Source: an uncultured delta proteobacterium
Lineage (GTDB): Bacteria; Desulfobacterota; Binatia; JACPRU01
Assembly (NCBI GenBank): GCA_963708955.1
Contig: CAVPWJ010000182.1
Span: 10,684-74,683, forward strand
DNA length: 64,000 bases
Reading direction: 5' to 3'
This document shows, one piece after another, positions 19,654 through 28,351 of the stretch. The translations under genes were made by a program, and so were the position numbers. Position 1 is the first letter of the stretch. The number at the start of each line of letters is the position of its first letter. The notes under the pieces were generated by a model. The model worked only from the letters and a program-made list of their open reading frames with translations. It was not told the DNA's origin and searched no databases.

Positions 19654-20085
19654 TCAGAAGGGGATGTCTTCTTCCTCACCCGGTGACGGCGACGGTGACG
19701 GCGTGGGCTCGGCCTCGGCCTGCGTGTCGCGCGGCTGCGCGGTGCGACCTCCGCCACCTCCGCCGCCGAGGAACTGCACGCGCTGTGCGTGGACTTCGGT
19801 GATGTACTTCTTGTTGCCGTCCTTGTCGTCGTACTGCCGCGTGCGGATCGAGCCATCGATGTAGACCTGGCGGCCCTTCTGGAGATATTGCCCGCAGCTC
19901 TCCGCCTGCTTTCCCCAGACGACGACGTTGTGCCATTCGGTGCGCTCCTGGCGCGTGCCCTCCGAGTCGTTCCACACTTCGGAGGTCGCCACCGAGAATC
20001 GCGCCACCGCCTTGCCGCCCGCGGTGAAGCGTACTTCGGGATCGCGGCCGAGATTGCCGATTAGGATGACTTTGTTGACGGACAT
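19654..20085 (-). CDS. ssb: Single-stranded DNA-binding protein
   Basis: ATG at 20085 has a GAGGAG SD. The N-terminus MSVNKVILIGNLGRDPEVRF is the OB-fold start. A Gly-rich linker follows and the acidic tail ends in DIPF. Confidence 0.9.
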   Translation of the reverse strand: MSVNKVILIGNLGRDPEVRFTAGGKAVARFSVATSEVWNDSEGTRQERTEWHNVVVWGKQAESCGQYLQKGRQVYIDGSIRTRQYDDKDGNKKYITEVHAQRVQFLGGGGGGGRTAQPRDTQAEAEPTPSPSPSPGEEEDIPF

Positions 20086-20222
20086 CGTGGAGGCTCCTCT
20101 CGCCACGAGAGCTATCCGCCCGGGGCTCGGGCTGTCAACGACGGCTTCCTCGCCGCGAAACGCTTCGTTGCATCCCGGCCTCGCCGCGCGGCGCGTTGAC
20201 TGGCTCGCGAGCCCCACCCTAT

Positions 20223-20990
20223 ATGGGCAGCGTGGGGTTCCCGCTCCGGCCGATCCACGTCGTGCGCCTGCTCTGCGTGGGGCTCGGCATGATCGTCGCG
20301 GCGGCGGTGGTGGTGGTGGTCTGTCTCTTCGAGCAAGACGGCAAGCGCGGCTATCGCCTGGCGCAGTGGTGGATGGCGTTCAGCCTGTGGGTGTCGGGCG
20401 TGCGCGTGAGGGTGCAGGGCTTGGAACATCTCGACCCCGCGCGCCAGTACGTCTTCATGTCGAACCATCGCTCGGCCGCCGACATCGCGGCAATCGGCTG
20501 GGCGCTGTGGCCGTACCAGATCCGCTTCGTCGCCAAGCAGGAGCTGACCAAGGTCCCGTTCTTCGGCTGGGGCCTGCGCGCGCTCAAGAACATCATCATC
20601 GACCGCTCGAATCACATGCAGGCCATGCGCAGCTATGCGGCGGCGGGCGCGCGCATTCGCCGCGGCATCTCGGTGGTGGTGTTTCCGGAAGGCACCCGGG
20701 GGGTTGGTGAGGATCTCTTGCCGTTCAAGAAGGGCGGCTTCGTCCTCGCCATCGAAACCAAGACGCCGATCGCGCCGATCGCCGTCGTCGGAACCGCGCG
20801 CGTGATGGCCAAGGGCAGCTTGCGGGTGGAGAGCGGCGAGGTCGAGGTGCGGATCGGCTCGCCGATCGAGACCGCCGACGTGGCGCTCCGGGACAAGGAC
20901 CGGCTCCTGCGCCGCGTTCGCGAGTCGATCGGCGCATTGATGCGCAGCGCGCCGCGCGGCGCGCTGCCGCAGGACGTGCGGCAGCCGTGA
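20223..20990 (+). CDS. plsC: 1-acyl-sn-glycerol-3-phosphate acyltransferase (LPLAT family)
   Basis: The HX4D motif is NHRSAADI. The FPEGTR motif follows and the N-terminus has a TM helix. The alternative start is at 20196. Confidence 0.75.
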   Translation: MGSVGFPLRPIHVVRLLCVGLGMIVAAAVVVVVCLFEQDGKRGYRLAQWWMAFSLWVSGVRVRVQGLEHLDPARQYVFMSNHRSAADIAAIGWALWPYQIRFVAKQELTKVPFFGWGLRALKNIIIDRSNHMQAMRSYAAAGARIRRGISVVVFPEGTRGVGEDLLPFKKGGFVLAIETKTPIAPIAVVGTARVMAKGSLRVESGEVEVRIGSPIETADVALRDKDRLLRRVRESIGALMRSAPRGALPQDVRQP

Positions 20991-21004
20991 CCTCCGCTTC
21001 CTCG

Positions 21005-22687
21005 ATGGCGCGGGGGCGGATCCGCGTGGTTCCGCTCGGCGGCCTCGGCGAGATCGGGTTGAATCTCATGGTGCTCGAGCTCTACGGCGCCGGTTCGGAT
21101 GCCGTCGAGGCCGCGGTGGCGATCGACTGCGGCGTGATGTTCCCGGGCATGGACACGCCGGGCATCGACTTGATGATCCCGGACCTCGGCTATCTACGCG
21201 GTCTCGGCGAGCGGTTGGTGGGCATGTTGATGACCCACGGACACGAGGATCACATCGGCGCGCTGCCCTTTCTGCTGCGCGAGTGCAACGTGCCGATCTA
21301 CGCCTCGGCGTTCACCCGCGCGCTCATCGAGGCGAAGCTCGCCGAGCACCGGCTGCTCGACTCCGCGCGGCTCACCACGTTCGCGCCGCGCGAGCGCTGG
21401 TCGCTCGGGCCGTTCGAGATCGAGGCGCTGCACATGACGCACTCGATCGTCGACGCGGTCGGCTTCGTGATTCGCACGCCGGTCGGCACGGTGCTGCACA
21501 CCGGAGACTTCAAGATCGACCACACGCCGATCGACGGTCGGGTCTCCGATCTGCCACGCATCGCCGAGGTCGGCGCCGAGGGCGTGCTGCTCTTGTTCTC
21601 GGACTCGACGAACGTCCATCGCGCCGGCACGACTCCTTCGGAGCGGGTCGTCGGGATCGGTCTCGACCGCGTCTTCCAGAGCACCTCGGGCAAGATCCTG
21701 GCCGCGACGTTCGCTTCCCACGTCCACCGCGTGCAGCAGTTCGTCGATCTGTCGGTGAAGTACGGGCGCAAGCTGGCGGTGGCCGGGCGCAGCCTCACGC
21801 AGAACCTCAAGATCGCCCGCGAGCTCGGCAAGCTCTCCGTGCCGGACGGCACGCTGATCGACCTCGACGAAGTCGCCGATCTTCCCTCGCAGCAGGTGAC
21901 GCTGCTCGCCACCGGCAGCCAGGGAGAGCCGCGCTCGGTGCTCTCGCGCATCGCCACCGACGATCATCCCCAGCTCCGCGCCGCGCCGGGCGACACCGTG
22001 GTGCTCTCCGCGCGCGTGATCCCGGGGAACGAGCGGCCGATCACCACGCTGGTGAATCACCTCTGTCGGCGTGGCGCCGACGTCTACTGGGAGGGGCGTG
22101 CCGACATCCACACGTCGGGACACGCCAGTCAGGAGGAGCTGCGGCTGATGCTGCGGCTCACGCAGCCCCGTTACTTCGTGCCGGTGCACGGCGAGTATCG
22201 TCACCTCGTCCGGCACGTACAGCTCGCCGTCGAGACCGGCATCGACCGCGAGCGGTGTTTTCTGCTCGAGAACGGCGGGACGCTGGTCATCGACGCCGAC
22301 GGCGCCAAGATCGGCGACCGCGTGGAGGCCGGGCGCGTGTTCGTCGACGGCAAGGGGGTGGGCGACGTCGAGGAGGTCGTGCTGCGCGACCGCCGCCACC
22401 TCTCGGAGGACGGTCTGGTGCTCGCCATTCTCGGCATCCATCCGACCAGCGGCGAGGTCGTCGCTGGGCCCGAGCTGATGTCCCGCGGCTTCCTGCTCGA
22501 GGGCGCGCAGCAGGCGATTCTGCAAGACGCCCGCAGTGCGATTCTCGCCGCGCTCGAGACCCTCAGCCTGGAGTCTCGCGGCGATCCGGTCGAGGTCCAA
22601 GAGTCGGTCCGCCGCACGCTCAAGCGCTTCTTCGCCAAGCGGCTCGACCGCCGGCCGATGATCTTGCCGTTCATCATGGAGATGTGA
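21005..22687 (+). CDS. rnj: Ribonuclease J (MBL/beta-CASP)
   Basis: IRVVPLGGLGEIG, HGHEDHIGALP, beta-CASP motifs and the C-terminal domain are present. The product is 560 aa. Confidence 0.9.
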   Translation: MARGRIRVVPLGGLGEIGLNLMVLELYGAGSDAVEAAVAIDCGVMFPGMDTPGIDLMIPDLGYLRGLGERLVGMLMTHGHEDHIGALPFLLRECNVPIYASAFTRALIEAKLAEHRLLDSARLTTFAPRERWSLGPFEIEALHMTHSIVDAVGFVIRTPVGTVLHTGDFKIDHTPIDGRVSDLPRIAEVGAEGVLLLFSDSTNVHRAGTTPSERVVGIGLDRVFQSTSGKILAATFASHVHRVQQFVDLSVKYGRKLAVAGRSLTQNLKIARELGKLSVPDGTLIDLDEVADLPSQQVTLLATGSQGEPRSVLSRIATDDHPQLRAAPGDTVVLSARVIPGNERPITTLVNHLCRRGADVYWEGRADIHTSGHASQEELRLMLRLTQPRYFVPVHGEYRHLVRHVQLAVETGIDRERCFLLENGGTLVIDADGAKIGDRVEAGRVFVDGKGVGDVEEVVLRDRRHLSEDGLVLAILGIHPTSGEVVAGPELMSRGFLLEGAQQAILQDARSAILAALETLSLESRGDPVEVQESVRRTLKRFFAKRLDRRPMILPFIMEM

Positions 22688-22820
22688 CGAGCGAGCGCAT
22701 TTCGTCGGCAGCCGCCGGCTCGGCTCTCGCTGGCCCTTCGCGCGCGCCTCGCCGCCGAGGCCGCTTCTGTTGCTCGCTGCCAAAGAATGGCATACTTTTG
22801 CCATAAGAATCGCCAGACGA

Positions 22821-23012
22821 ATGCCCCGCCCGCCCAATCAGGTTCCGACGGTGACGATCACGATCTCGACGACTCCACAGGTCCATCGCTCGCTGGTGCG
22901 GCTGCTGTCGACCGGCCTCTACGGAAAGAACGTGGCCGAGGCGGCGGAGCGCCTGATCGCGCAGAGCGTCGAGCGCAAGGCCGTGGAAGGCGTGCTGCCG
23001 GCGCGCCGCTAG
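22821..23012 (+). CDS. Small hypothetical protein immediately upstream of ftsK
   Basis: A 63-aa ORF (or 80 aa from 22770) with coding-like codon use ends 4 nt before the ftsK start. No family is recognised. Confidence 0.25.
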   Translation: MPRPPNQVPTVTITISTTPQVHRSLVRLLSTGLYGKNVAEAAERLIAQSVERKAVEGVLPARR

Positions 23013-23016
23013 GACG

Positions 23017-25293
23017 ATGGCTCGAGAGCGTCCGAAGCCGTCCCCGGCGTCCTCGATCCCCGAATGGTGGGCGCGCGAGGCGGCGGCACTGCTCACCTGC
23101 GGGCTGTCGCTCTTCCTGTTCGTCAGCCTGTGGTCGAGCCGCCTGACGGGGCAGGTCGGCAGCCACATCGCCGGGCCGCTGCGCGAGTTCTTCGGGCTCA
23201 CCGCCTACGTGGTTCCGGTGGCTGGCCTGGCCGGAGCGGTGAACGCGATGCGAGGCAGGCCGGTGTGGTCCACCGTTCGCTGGGCGGCCGGCTTCGGGCT
23301 GATGGCCTCGGCGGCGATCCTCTTCGAGCTGCCTGGGGGGGGGGATTCGTGCCCGAGCTACGCGCGGCCGGCGCCGCCGCACACGCTCGGTGGCATCGCT
23401 GGTCAATTTCTCGCCGCGGTGCTGTGCGAGAACTTCGGCGTGGTCGGCAGCTACTGCTTCCTGGTGCCGATCTTCCTGCTGATGGTGCTGGCGACAACGT
23501 CGACGTCGATCCTCGAGGGCGTCGAGCACTTCGCGAAGCTGGCGAGATCCGCCGGAGAGACCGTGACCGGCTGGTTCGAGCGCTGGAAGCGGGAGAGCCC
23601 GCCGGAAGTCGCGCGCGCGCCACGGACGATCGTCACCAAGCCGAACGTGCGCAAGCAGCCCGCAACGGCCGATCCGCCGCCGCCGATCCTGGTCACCGAG
23701 CCGCCGCGGCGGTCGGCGGAGAGGTCGAAGAAGAAGCCGTCGCAGGAGACGTTCTCGTTCGGCGGTAATTTCAACCTGCCGTCGTCGACGTTCCTCGATC
23801 CGCCGGTGCACTCGGGGGAGCGCGTCGACGAGCAGTCGTTGATCGCCAGCTCGCGGATCCTCGAATCGAAGCTCGCCGACTTCGGGGTGCAGGGCAAGGT
23901 GACCGCGGTGCGGCCGGGTCCGGTGATCAACACCTTCGAATTCGAGCCGGCTCCTGGCGTCAAGGTGAACCGCATCGTCACGCTGGCCGACGACCTGTCG
24001 ATGGCGCTGCGGGCGATGAGCGTACGCATCCTCGCGCCGATCCCCGGCAAGTCGGTGGTCGGCATCGAGCTGTCCAATCCGCGCCGCGAGAAGGTGTTCC
24101 TGCGCGAGATCCTCGAGAGCGACGAGTTCCAGACCTCGGCGTCCAAGCTGACGCTCGCGCTCGGCAAGGACTCGGTCGGCAAGCCCGTGGTCGCCGATCT
24201 GGCGCGCATGCCGCACCTGCTGGTGGCCGGCGCCACCGGCACCGGCAAGTCGGTGTCGCTGAACGCGATGATCATGTCGATCCTCTTCAAGGCCACGCCC
24301 GAGGACGTGCGCTTTTTGATGATCGATCCCAAGATGCTCGAGCTGTCGCTCTACGAGAACATCCCGCATCTGCTCACCCGCGTGGTGACCGATCCGCGCG
24401 AGGCCTCCGCGGCGCTCAGCCGCGCGGTGATCGAGATGGACAGCCGCTACAAGCTTCTGCGCGACAAGGGCGTGCGCAACATCGACAGCTACAACCGCGT
24501 TCTGGAGCGCGAGGCCGAAGAAAAGACCGCTGGAATCATCGAGCTCAAGAATGCCGAGCCGATCGAGCCCGCCGAGGGTTTCAAAGGCTTGGAGAATGGG
24601 CCCGTCACCGAGAAGCTGGTGCATCGGCGGCTGCCCTACATCGTGATCGTGATCGACGAGCTGGCCGACCTGATGCTGACCTCGGGACGCGAGGTGGAGG
24701 AGCAGATCACACGCTTGGCGCAGAAGGCGCGCGCCGCGGGCATCCATTTGATGCTCGCCACGCAGCGGCCGTCGGTCGACGTCATCACCGGCCTCATCAA
24801 GGCGAACGTTCCGGCGCGCATTTCCTTCCAGGTGACCTCGCGCATCGACTCGCGAACGATCCTCGATTCGATCGGCGCCGAACGGCTGCTCGGCGACGGC
24901 GACATGCTGTTCATGCCGCCGTCGACCCCGCGCCTCACGCGCATCCACGGCGCGTTCGTCTCCGAGCCGGAGATCCGCAAGGTCGTCGGCTACGTGAAGG
25001 ACCAGTCGCGGCCGGTCTACGACCAGGACTTCACGCGGGCGATCGACGAGGCGCACGAGGAGAAGACCGAGAACGCGGAGGACGAGAGCCTCGCCGACGA
25101 CATGTACGATCAGGCCGTGCAGCTCGTGGCGGAGAGCCAGCAGGCGTCGATCTCCTGGCTGCAGCGCCGGCTGCGCGTCGGTTACAATCGCGCGGCGCGC
25201 ATGATCGAGCGCATGGAGAAGGAAGGCCTGGTGAGCCCCCCGGACGGCGTGCGGCCACGCGAGGTGCGCATGCGCCGGAGCGAGACGCTGTGA
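23017..25293 (+). CDS. ftsK: DNA translocase FtsK
   Basis: N-terminal TM helices, a Pro-rich linker, the motor domain with Walker A GATGTGKS and Walker B VIVIDELADLM, and the C-terminal gamma winged-helix (SISWLQRRLRVGYNRAARMIERME). Confidence 0.9.
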   Translation: MARERPKPSPASSIPEWWAREAAALLTCGLSLFLFVSLWSSRLTGQVGSHIAGPLREFFGLTAYVVPVAGLAGAVNAMRGRPVWSTVRWAAGFGLMASAAILFELPGGGDSCPSYARPAPPHTLGGIAGQFLAAVLCENFGVVGSYCFLVPIFLLMVLATTSTSILEGVEHFAKLARSAGETVTGWFERWKRESPPEVARAPRTIVTKPNVRKQPATADPPPPILVTEPPRRSAERSKKKPSQETFSFGGNFNLPSSTFLDPPVHSGERVDEQSLIASSRILESKLADFGVQGKVTAVRPGPVINTFEFEPAPGVKVNRIVTLADDLSMALRAMSVRILAPIPGKSVVGIELSNPRREKVFLREILESDEFQTSASKLTLALGKDSVGKPVVADLARMPHLLVAGATGTGKSVSLNAMIMSILFKATPEDVRFLMIDPKMLELSLYENIPHLLTRVVTDPREASAALSRAVIEMDSRYKLLRDKGVRNIDSYNRVLEREAEEKTAGIIELKNAEPIEPAEGFKGLENGPVTEKLVHRRLPYIVIVIDELADLMLTSGREVEEQITRLAQKARAAGIHLMLATQRPSVDVITGLIKANVPARISFQVTSRIDSRTILDSIGAERLLGDGDMLFMPPSTPRLTRIHGAFVSEPEIRKVVGYVKDQSRPVYDQDFTRAIDEAHEEKTENAEDESLADDMYDQAVQLVAESQQASISWLQRRLRVGYNRAARMIERMEKEGLVSPPDGVRPREVRMRRSETL

Positions 25294-25991
25294 CGCGACG
25301 AGCGTGGGCCGCCGCGCTCGCGCTCGCCGTCTGCCTGCCGGGGGGCAGCGCGCGCGCGGACGGGGCGCCGAAGAGGCCGAAGCCGGCGCCGTCGCGCGTC
25401 CTCTCCGACGTCGAAGCGATCGTTCGCAAGCTCCAAGAGCGCTACGACGCGACCACGGATTTCACCGCCGACTTCACCCAGACCGTGGCGGTGCCGACGC
25501 TCGGTAAGACACTGAAATCGACCGGCCAGGTGTTCTTCAAGCGCCCCGGACGAATGCGCTGGGAGTTCGTCGAGCCCGACCAGCAGACGATCGTCGCCGA
25601 TGGACAGACGCTCTGGGTGTATCAGCCGGAGCACCATCAAGTGTTGAAGGCGCCGTTCCGCGCCGCCTTCCAGTCGGCTACCCCGCTCTCCTTCCTGTTC
25701 GGCGTGGGCGAGCTGGAGAGCGATTTCAACCCGTCGCTGCTGCCGCAGGGCGAGCCCGGCATCCATCACCTGAAGCTCGTGCCGAAGCAGGACAAGGAGA
25801 TCGGCGTGTTGGTGCTCGACGTCGACGCCAAGAGCTACGACATCGTCGCCGCGGAAGTCACCGATCCGCTGGGCAACGTCACGCGCCTTACCTTCGCCAA
25901 CCTGAAGCACGGCGTGGGCCTCGCCGACTCACGCTTCACCTTCGAGACGCCGCGCGGAACCGACGTTGTCGAGGCGCCGGGAAATCCATAA
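25290..25991 (+). CDS. lolA: Outer-membrane lipoprotein carrier protein LolA
   Basis: The signal peptide is followed by the LolA-fold blocks FTADFTQ, GKFWF/GRMRWEF and LWVYQP. The start overlaps the ftsK stop. Confidence 0.8.
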   Translation: MTRRAWAAALALAVCLPGGSARADGAPKRPKPAPSRVLSDVEAIVRKLQERYDATTDFTADFTQTVAVPTLGKTLKSTGQVFFKRPGRMRWEFVEPDQQTIVADGQTLWVYQPEHHQVLKAPFRAAFQSATPLSFLFGVGELESDFNPSLLPQGEPGIHHLKLVPKQDKEIGVLVLDVDAKSYDIVAAEVTDPLGNVTRLTFANLKHGVGLADSRFTFETPRGTDVVEAPGNP

Positions 25992-26002
25992 GCTTCCGCC
26001 CA

Positions 26003-26491
26003 ATGCCATCGTTCGACGTCGTCTCGCAGCTCGACCTCCAGGAGGTCGACAACGCGCTCAACCAGGCGCGCAAGGAAGTCGCGCAGCGCTACGACTTCAA
26101 GGACACCGCCACCGTCATCGACTGGGACAAGAAGGAGAAGATCACCGTCGACTCGGCGGACGAGTTCAAGGTGAAGGCGGTCGACGACGTGCTGCGCGAG
26201 AAGCTCGCCAAGCGGCAGGTGTCGCTGAAGGCGGTCGACTTCGGCAAGGTCGAGCCCGGGCACGCGGGCCGCGCCAAGCAGGAAATCAAGCTGAAGCAGG
26301 GCATCGACGCCGACCGATCACGCGAGATCGTCAAGCTCGTCAAGGACAGGAAGCTCAAGGTGCAGGCACAGATCATGGGCGACCAAGTGCGCGTGTCCGG
26401 CAAGAAGCGCGACGACCTGCAGGCGGCGATCACCGCGATCCGCGCGCGGGACTTCGACCTGCCGCTGCAGTTCATCAATTTCCGCGAGTAG
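26003..26491 (+). CDS. yajQ: YajQ-family cyclic-di-GMP-binding protein (UPF0234)
   Basis: The N-terminus MPSFDVVSQLDLQEVDNALNQARKEVAQRYDFK is conserved across YajQ proteins. The product is 162 aa. Confidence 0.85.
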   Translation: MPSFDVVSQLDLQEVDNALNQARKEVAQRYDFKDTATVIDWDKKEKITVDSADEFKVKAVDDVLREKLAKRQVSLKAVDFGKVEPGHAGRAKQEIKLKQGIDADRSREIVKLVKDRKLKVQAQIMGDQVRVSGKKRDDLQAAITAIRARDFDLPLQFINFRE

Positions 26492-26659
26492 CGGGGCGGG
26501 CATGCGGCGCACGATCTCGTCGAGCACACCAAGCACGGACGCTTCGATCTGCTCGTGCTCGGCCACAAGGGCCATTCCGGCGTTTGGGAGATGTTCCTCG
26601 GTACGACCGCCGACAAGATCGTGCGTCACGCCACATGCTCGGTGATGGTGGTGAAATGA
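26492..26659 (+). pseudogene. Universal stress protein (UspA) C-terminal remnant of about 50 codons, with no start codon and in frame with the yajQ stop
   Basis: The frame-2 translation ...HDLVEHTKHGRFDLLVLGHKGHSGVWEMFLGTTADKIVRHATCSVMVVK* matches the C-terminal third of Usp domains, including G-x2-G-x9-G-S and VxxxAxCPVLVV. There is no room for the N-terminal 90 aa, and the MFS start ATG overlaps its stop (ATGA). Confidence 0.5.
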
Positions 26660-27957
26660 GGGCGCGCCCCGGCGCGCCCCCGCCGCACCGAAGCCCCGGG
26701 GCGAAGACGGACGAAGCGGCGGCGGCTCGTGCGCCGGCGCCGGCCTGGCTCAATCGAGCCGTCTGGGGCATGGTGGCGACCAGCTTCCTGTCGGACCTGG
26801 GACACGAAGCGCAGAGCACGCTCCTGCCATCGTTCATGAGCGCTCTCGGTCTTCCACCCGCCGCGCTCGGCGCCGTGGAAGGCGTGGCCGACGCCGCCTC
26901 GAGCTTCATCAAGCTTGGTGCCGGCTGGCTCTCGGACCGGATCGGCTCCCGGAAGTGGTTCGTGGTCGGCGGCTATCTCGCGACCGGCCTCGCCTCCGGA
27001 GTGATCGCGATCGCCCAGGGCCTTCCATTGGTGCTCGGCGGGAAGCTCTTCGGCTGGCTCGGCAGAGGCGTTCGCGGGCCGCTGCGGGACGCGATGCTGA
27101 CCGACTCGATTCCCGAGAATGCGCGCGGCCGTGCCTTCGGCTTTCACCGCTTCGGCGACACTCTCGGTGCCGTGCTCGGGCCGCTCGCCGCCGTGCTCCT
27201 GCTTTCCACAGTCGGCGGCTCCGACCCGCTTCAGGCAACGCGCGTGCTCATCGCATGGAGCCTCGTACCGGGTGTGCTCGCCGCTTTAGTGTTCGCGGCA
27301 TTCGTCGGCGAGCGTCGGGCCGCGCCGCGGCCGCCGCGCTCGCTCGGGCTGGCGCTGGGCGGCATGCCTGCGCTCTTTCGGCGCTACCTCGTCGGCGTCG
27401 GGCTGTTCGGAGCGGGCGACTACGCGCACACGCTGCTGATTCTCGCTGCCACCGAGCTGCTCGCTCCGCAATGGGGATCGCTCCGCGCGGCGGCGATCGG
27501 GGGCAGCCTCTACGTGCTGCACAACGTCGTCTACGCGGCCGCCGCCTACCCGGCCGGCCTGCTCGCCGACCGATTCGGATACCGCCGGATCCTGGCGTGC
27601 GGATATGCGCTCTCGGTCGCCGTGCCGCTCACGTTGATCGCTTGCTTCGTCGCGTCGTCGGCGAGCCTCGCGGCGCTGGTTGTCGCGTTCTCGCTGGCGG
27701 GCTTGGTCAACGGCGTGCAGGACACGCTCGAGGGCGCCGCCACCGCGGAGCTGGTGCCGGAGCACGATCGCGGCCTCGGTTTCGGCCTGCTCGGCGCGGT
27801 CAATGGAGTCGGCGATTTCTCGTCGAGCCTCGTGGTCGGCACGCTGTGGACCGCCCACCCGGCTCTCGGCTTCGGCTACGCGGCCGTGTGCATGGCCGGC
27901 GGCGCGGCGATCACCGCCCTCGGTGCGTCGCAGCCCGTCCGGAGCACGCCTCCGTGA
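26656..27957 (+). CDS. MFS transporter
   Basis: About 12 predicted TM segments with MFS signature loops (GWLSDRIGSRK, LADRFGYRR). The start is tentative and an internal Met at about 26770 is possible. Confidence 0.75.
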   Translation: MRARPGAPPPHRSPGAKTDEAAAARAPAPAWLNRAVWGMVATSFLSDLGHEAQSTLLPSFMSALGLPPAALGAVEGVADAASSFIKLGAGWLSDRIGSRKWFVVGGYLATGLASGVIAIAQGLPLVLGGKLFGWLGRGVRGPLRDAMLTDSIPENARGRAFGFHRFGDTLGAVLGPLAAVLLLSTVGGSDPLQATRVLIAWSLVPGVLAALVFAAFVGERRAAPRPPRSLGLALGGMPALFRRYLVGVGLFGAGDYAHTLLILAATELLAPQWGSLRAAAIGGSLYVLHNVVYAAAAYPAGLLADRFGYRRILACGYALSVAVPLTLIACFVASSASLAALVVAFSLAGLVNGVQDTLEGAATAELVPEHDRGLGFGLLGAVNGVGDFSSSLVVGTLWTAHPALGFGYAAVCMAGGAAITALGASQPVRSTPP

Positions 27958-27979
27958 AGCCGGTCGCCGCGGAGCCGCC

Positions 27980-28348
27980 TCAGATCGCGCGCCCGATCGC
28001 GAGGCCGGCGAACGAAGCCACCAGCCCCACGAACGGTCCGCCGAGGAAGTAGAGGAAGGCGAGCAGGAAGTTCCCTTGCTCGAGGAGCCTCACCGACTCG
28101 TAGGTGTATGTCGAGAACGTCGTGTAGCCGCCGCAAAAGCCGACGGCGAGGAACAGGCGCCAATTCGGTGAGAAGGTGCGCAGGGCGAGATAGGAGGTGA
28201 TGAAGCCGAGCAACAAGCTGCCGGTCACGTTGATGAGCAGCGTGCCGTACGGGAACGTCGTGCCGAGGCGCTCTGCCACGAAGCCGCCGACCCAGTAGCG
28301 CGCGTTCGATCCGATGAGCCCGCCGAGTCCCACATAGAAGTAGTCCAT
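27980..28348 (-). CDS. crcB: Fluoride ion channel CrcB/FluC
   Basis: The 122-aa four-TM protein carries the conserved GGYTTFSTY and LGTFPYGTL motifs. Confidence 0.9.
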   Translation of the reverse strand: MDYFYVGLGGLIGSNARYWVGGFVAERLGTTFPYGTLLINVTGSLLLGFITSYLALRTFSPNWRLFLAVGFCGGYTTFSTYTYESVRLLEQGNFLLAFLYFLGGPFVGLVASFAGLAIGRAI

Positions 28349-28351
28349 CGC

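Noticed and set aside
22787-22804. Possible sigma-54 promoter (TGGCAT-N5-TGCCA)
   Set aside because: The GC of the -12 element is displaced by one nucleotide relative to the GG of -24, and the element is a symmetric inverted repeat. It is kept only as a generic regulatory palindrome.
22858-25056. 732-aa minus-strand ORF antisense to ftsK
   Set aside because: The FtsK reading frame has unambiguous Walker motifs. The antisense frame is R/P/A-rich with no motifs.
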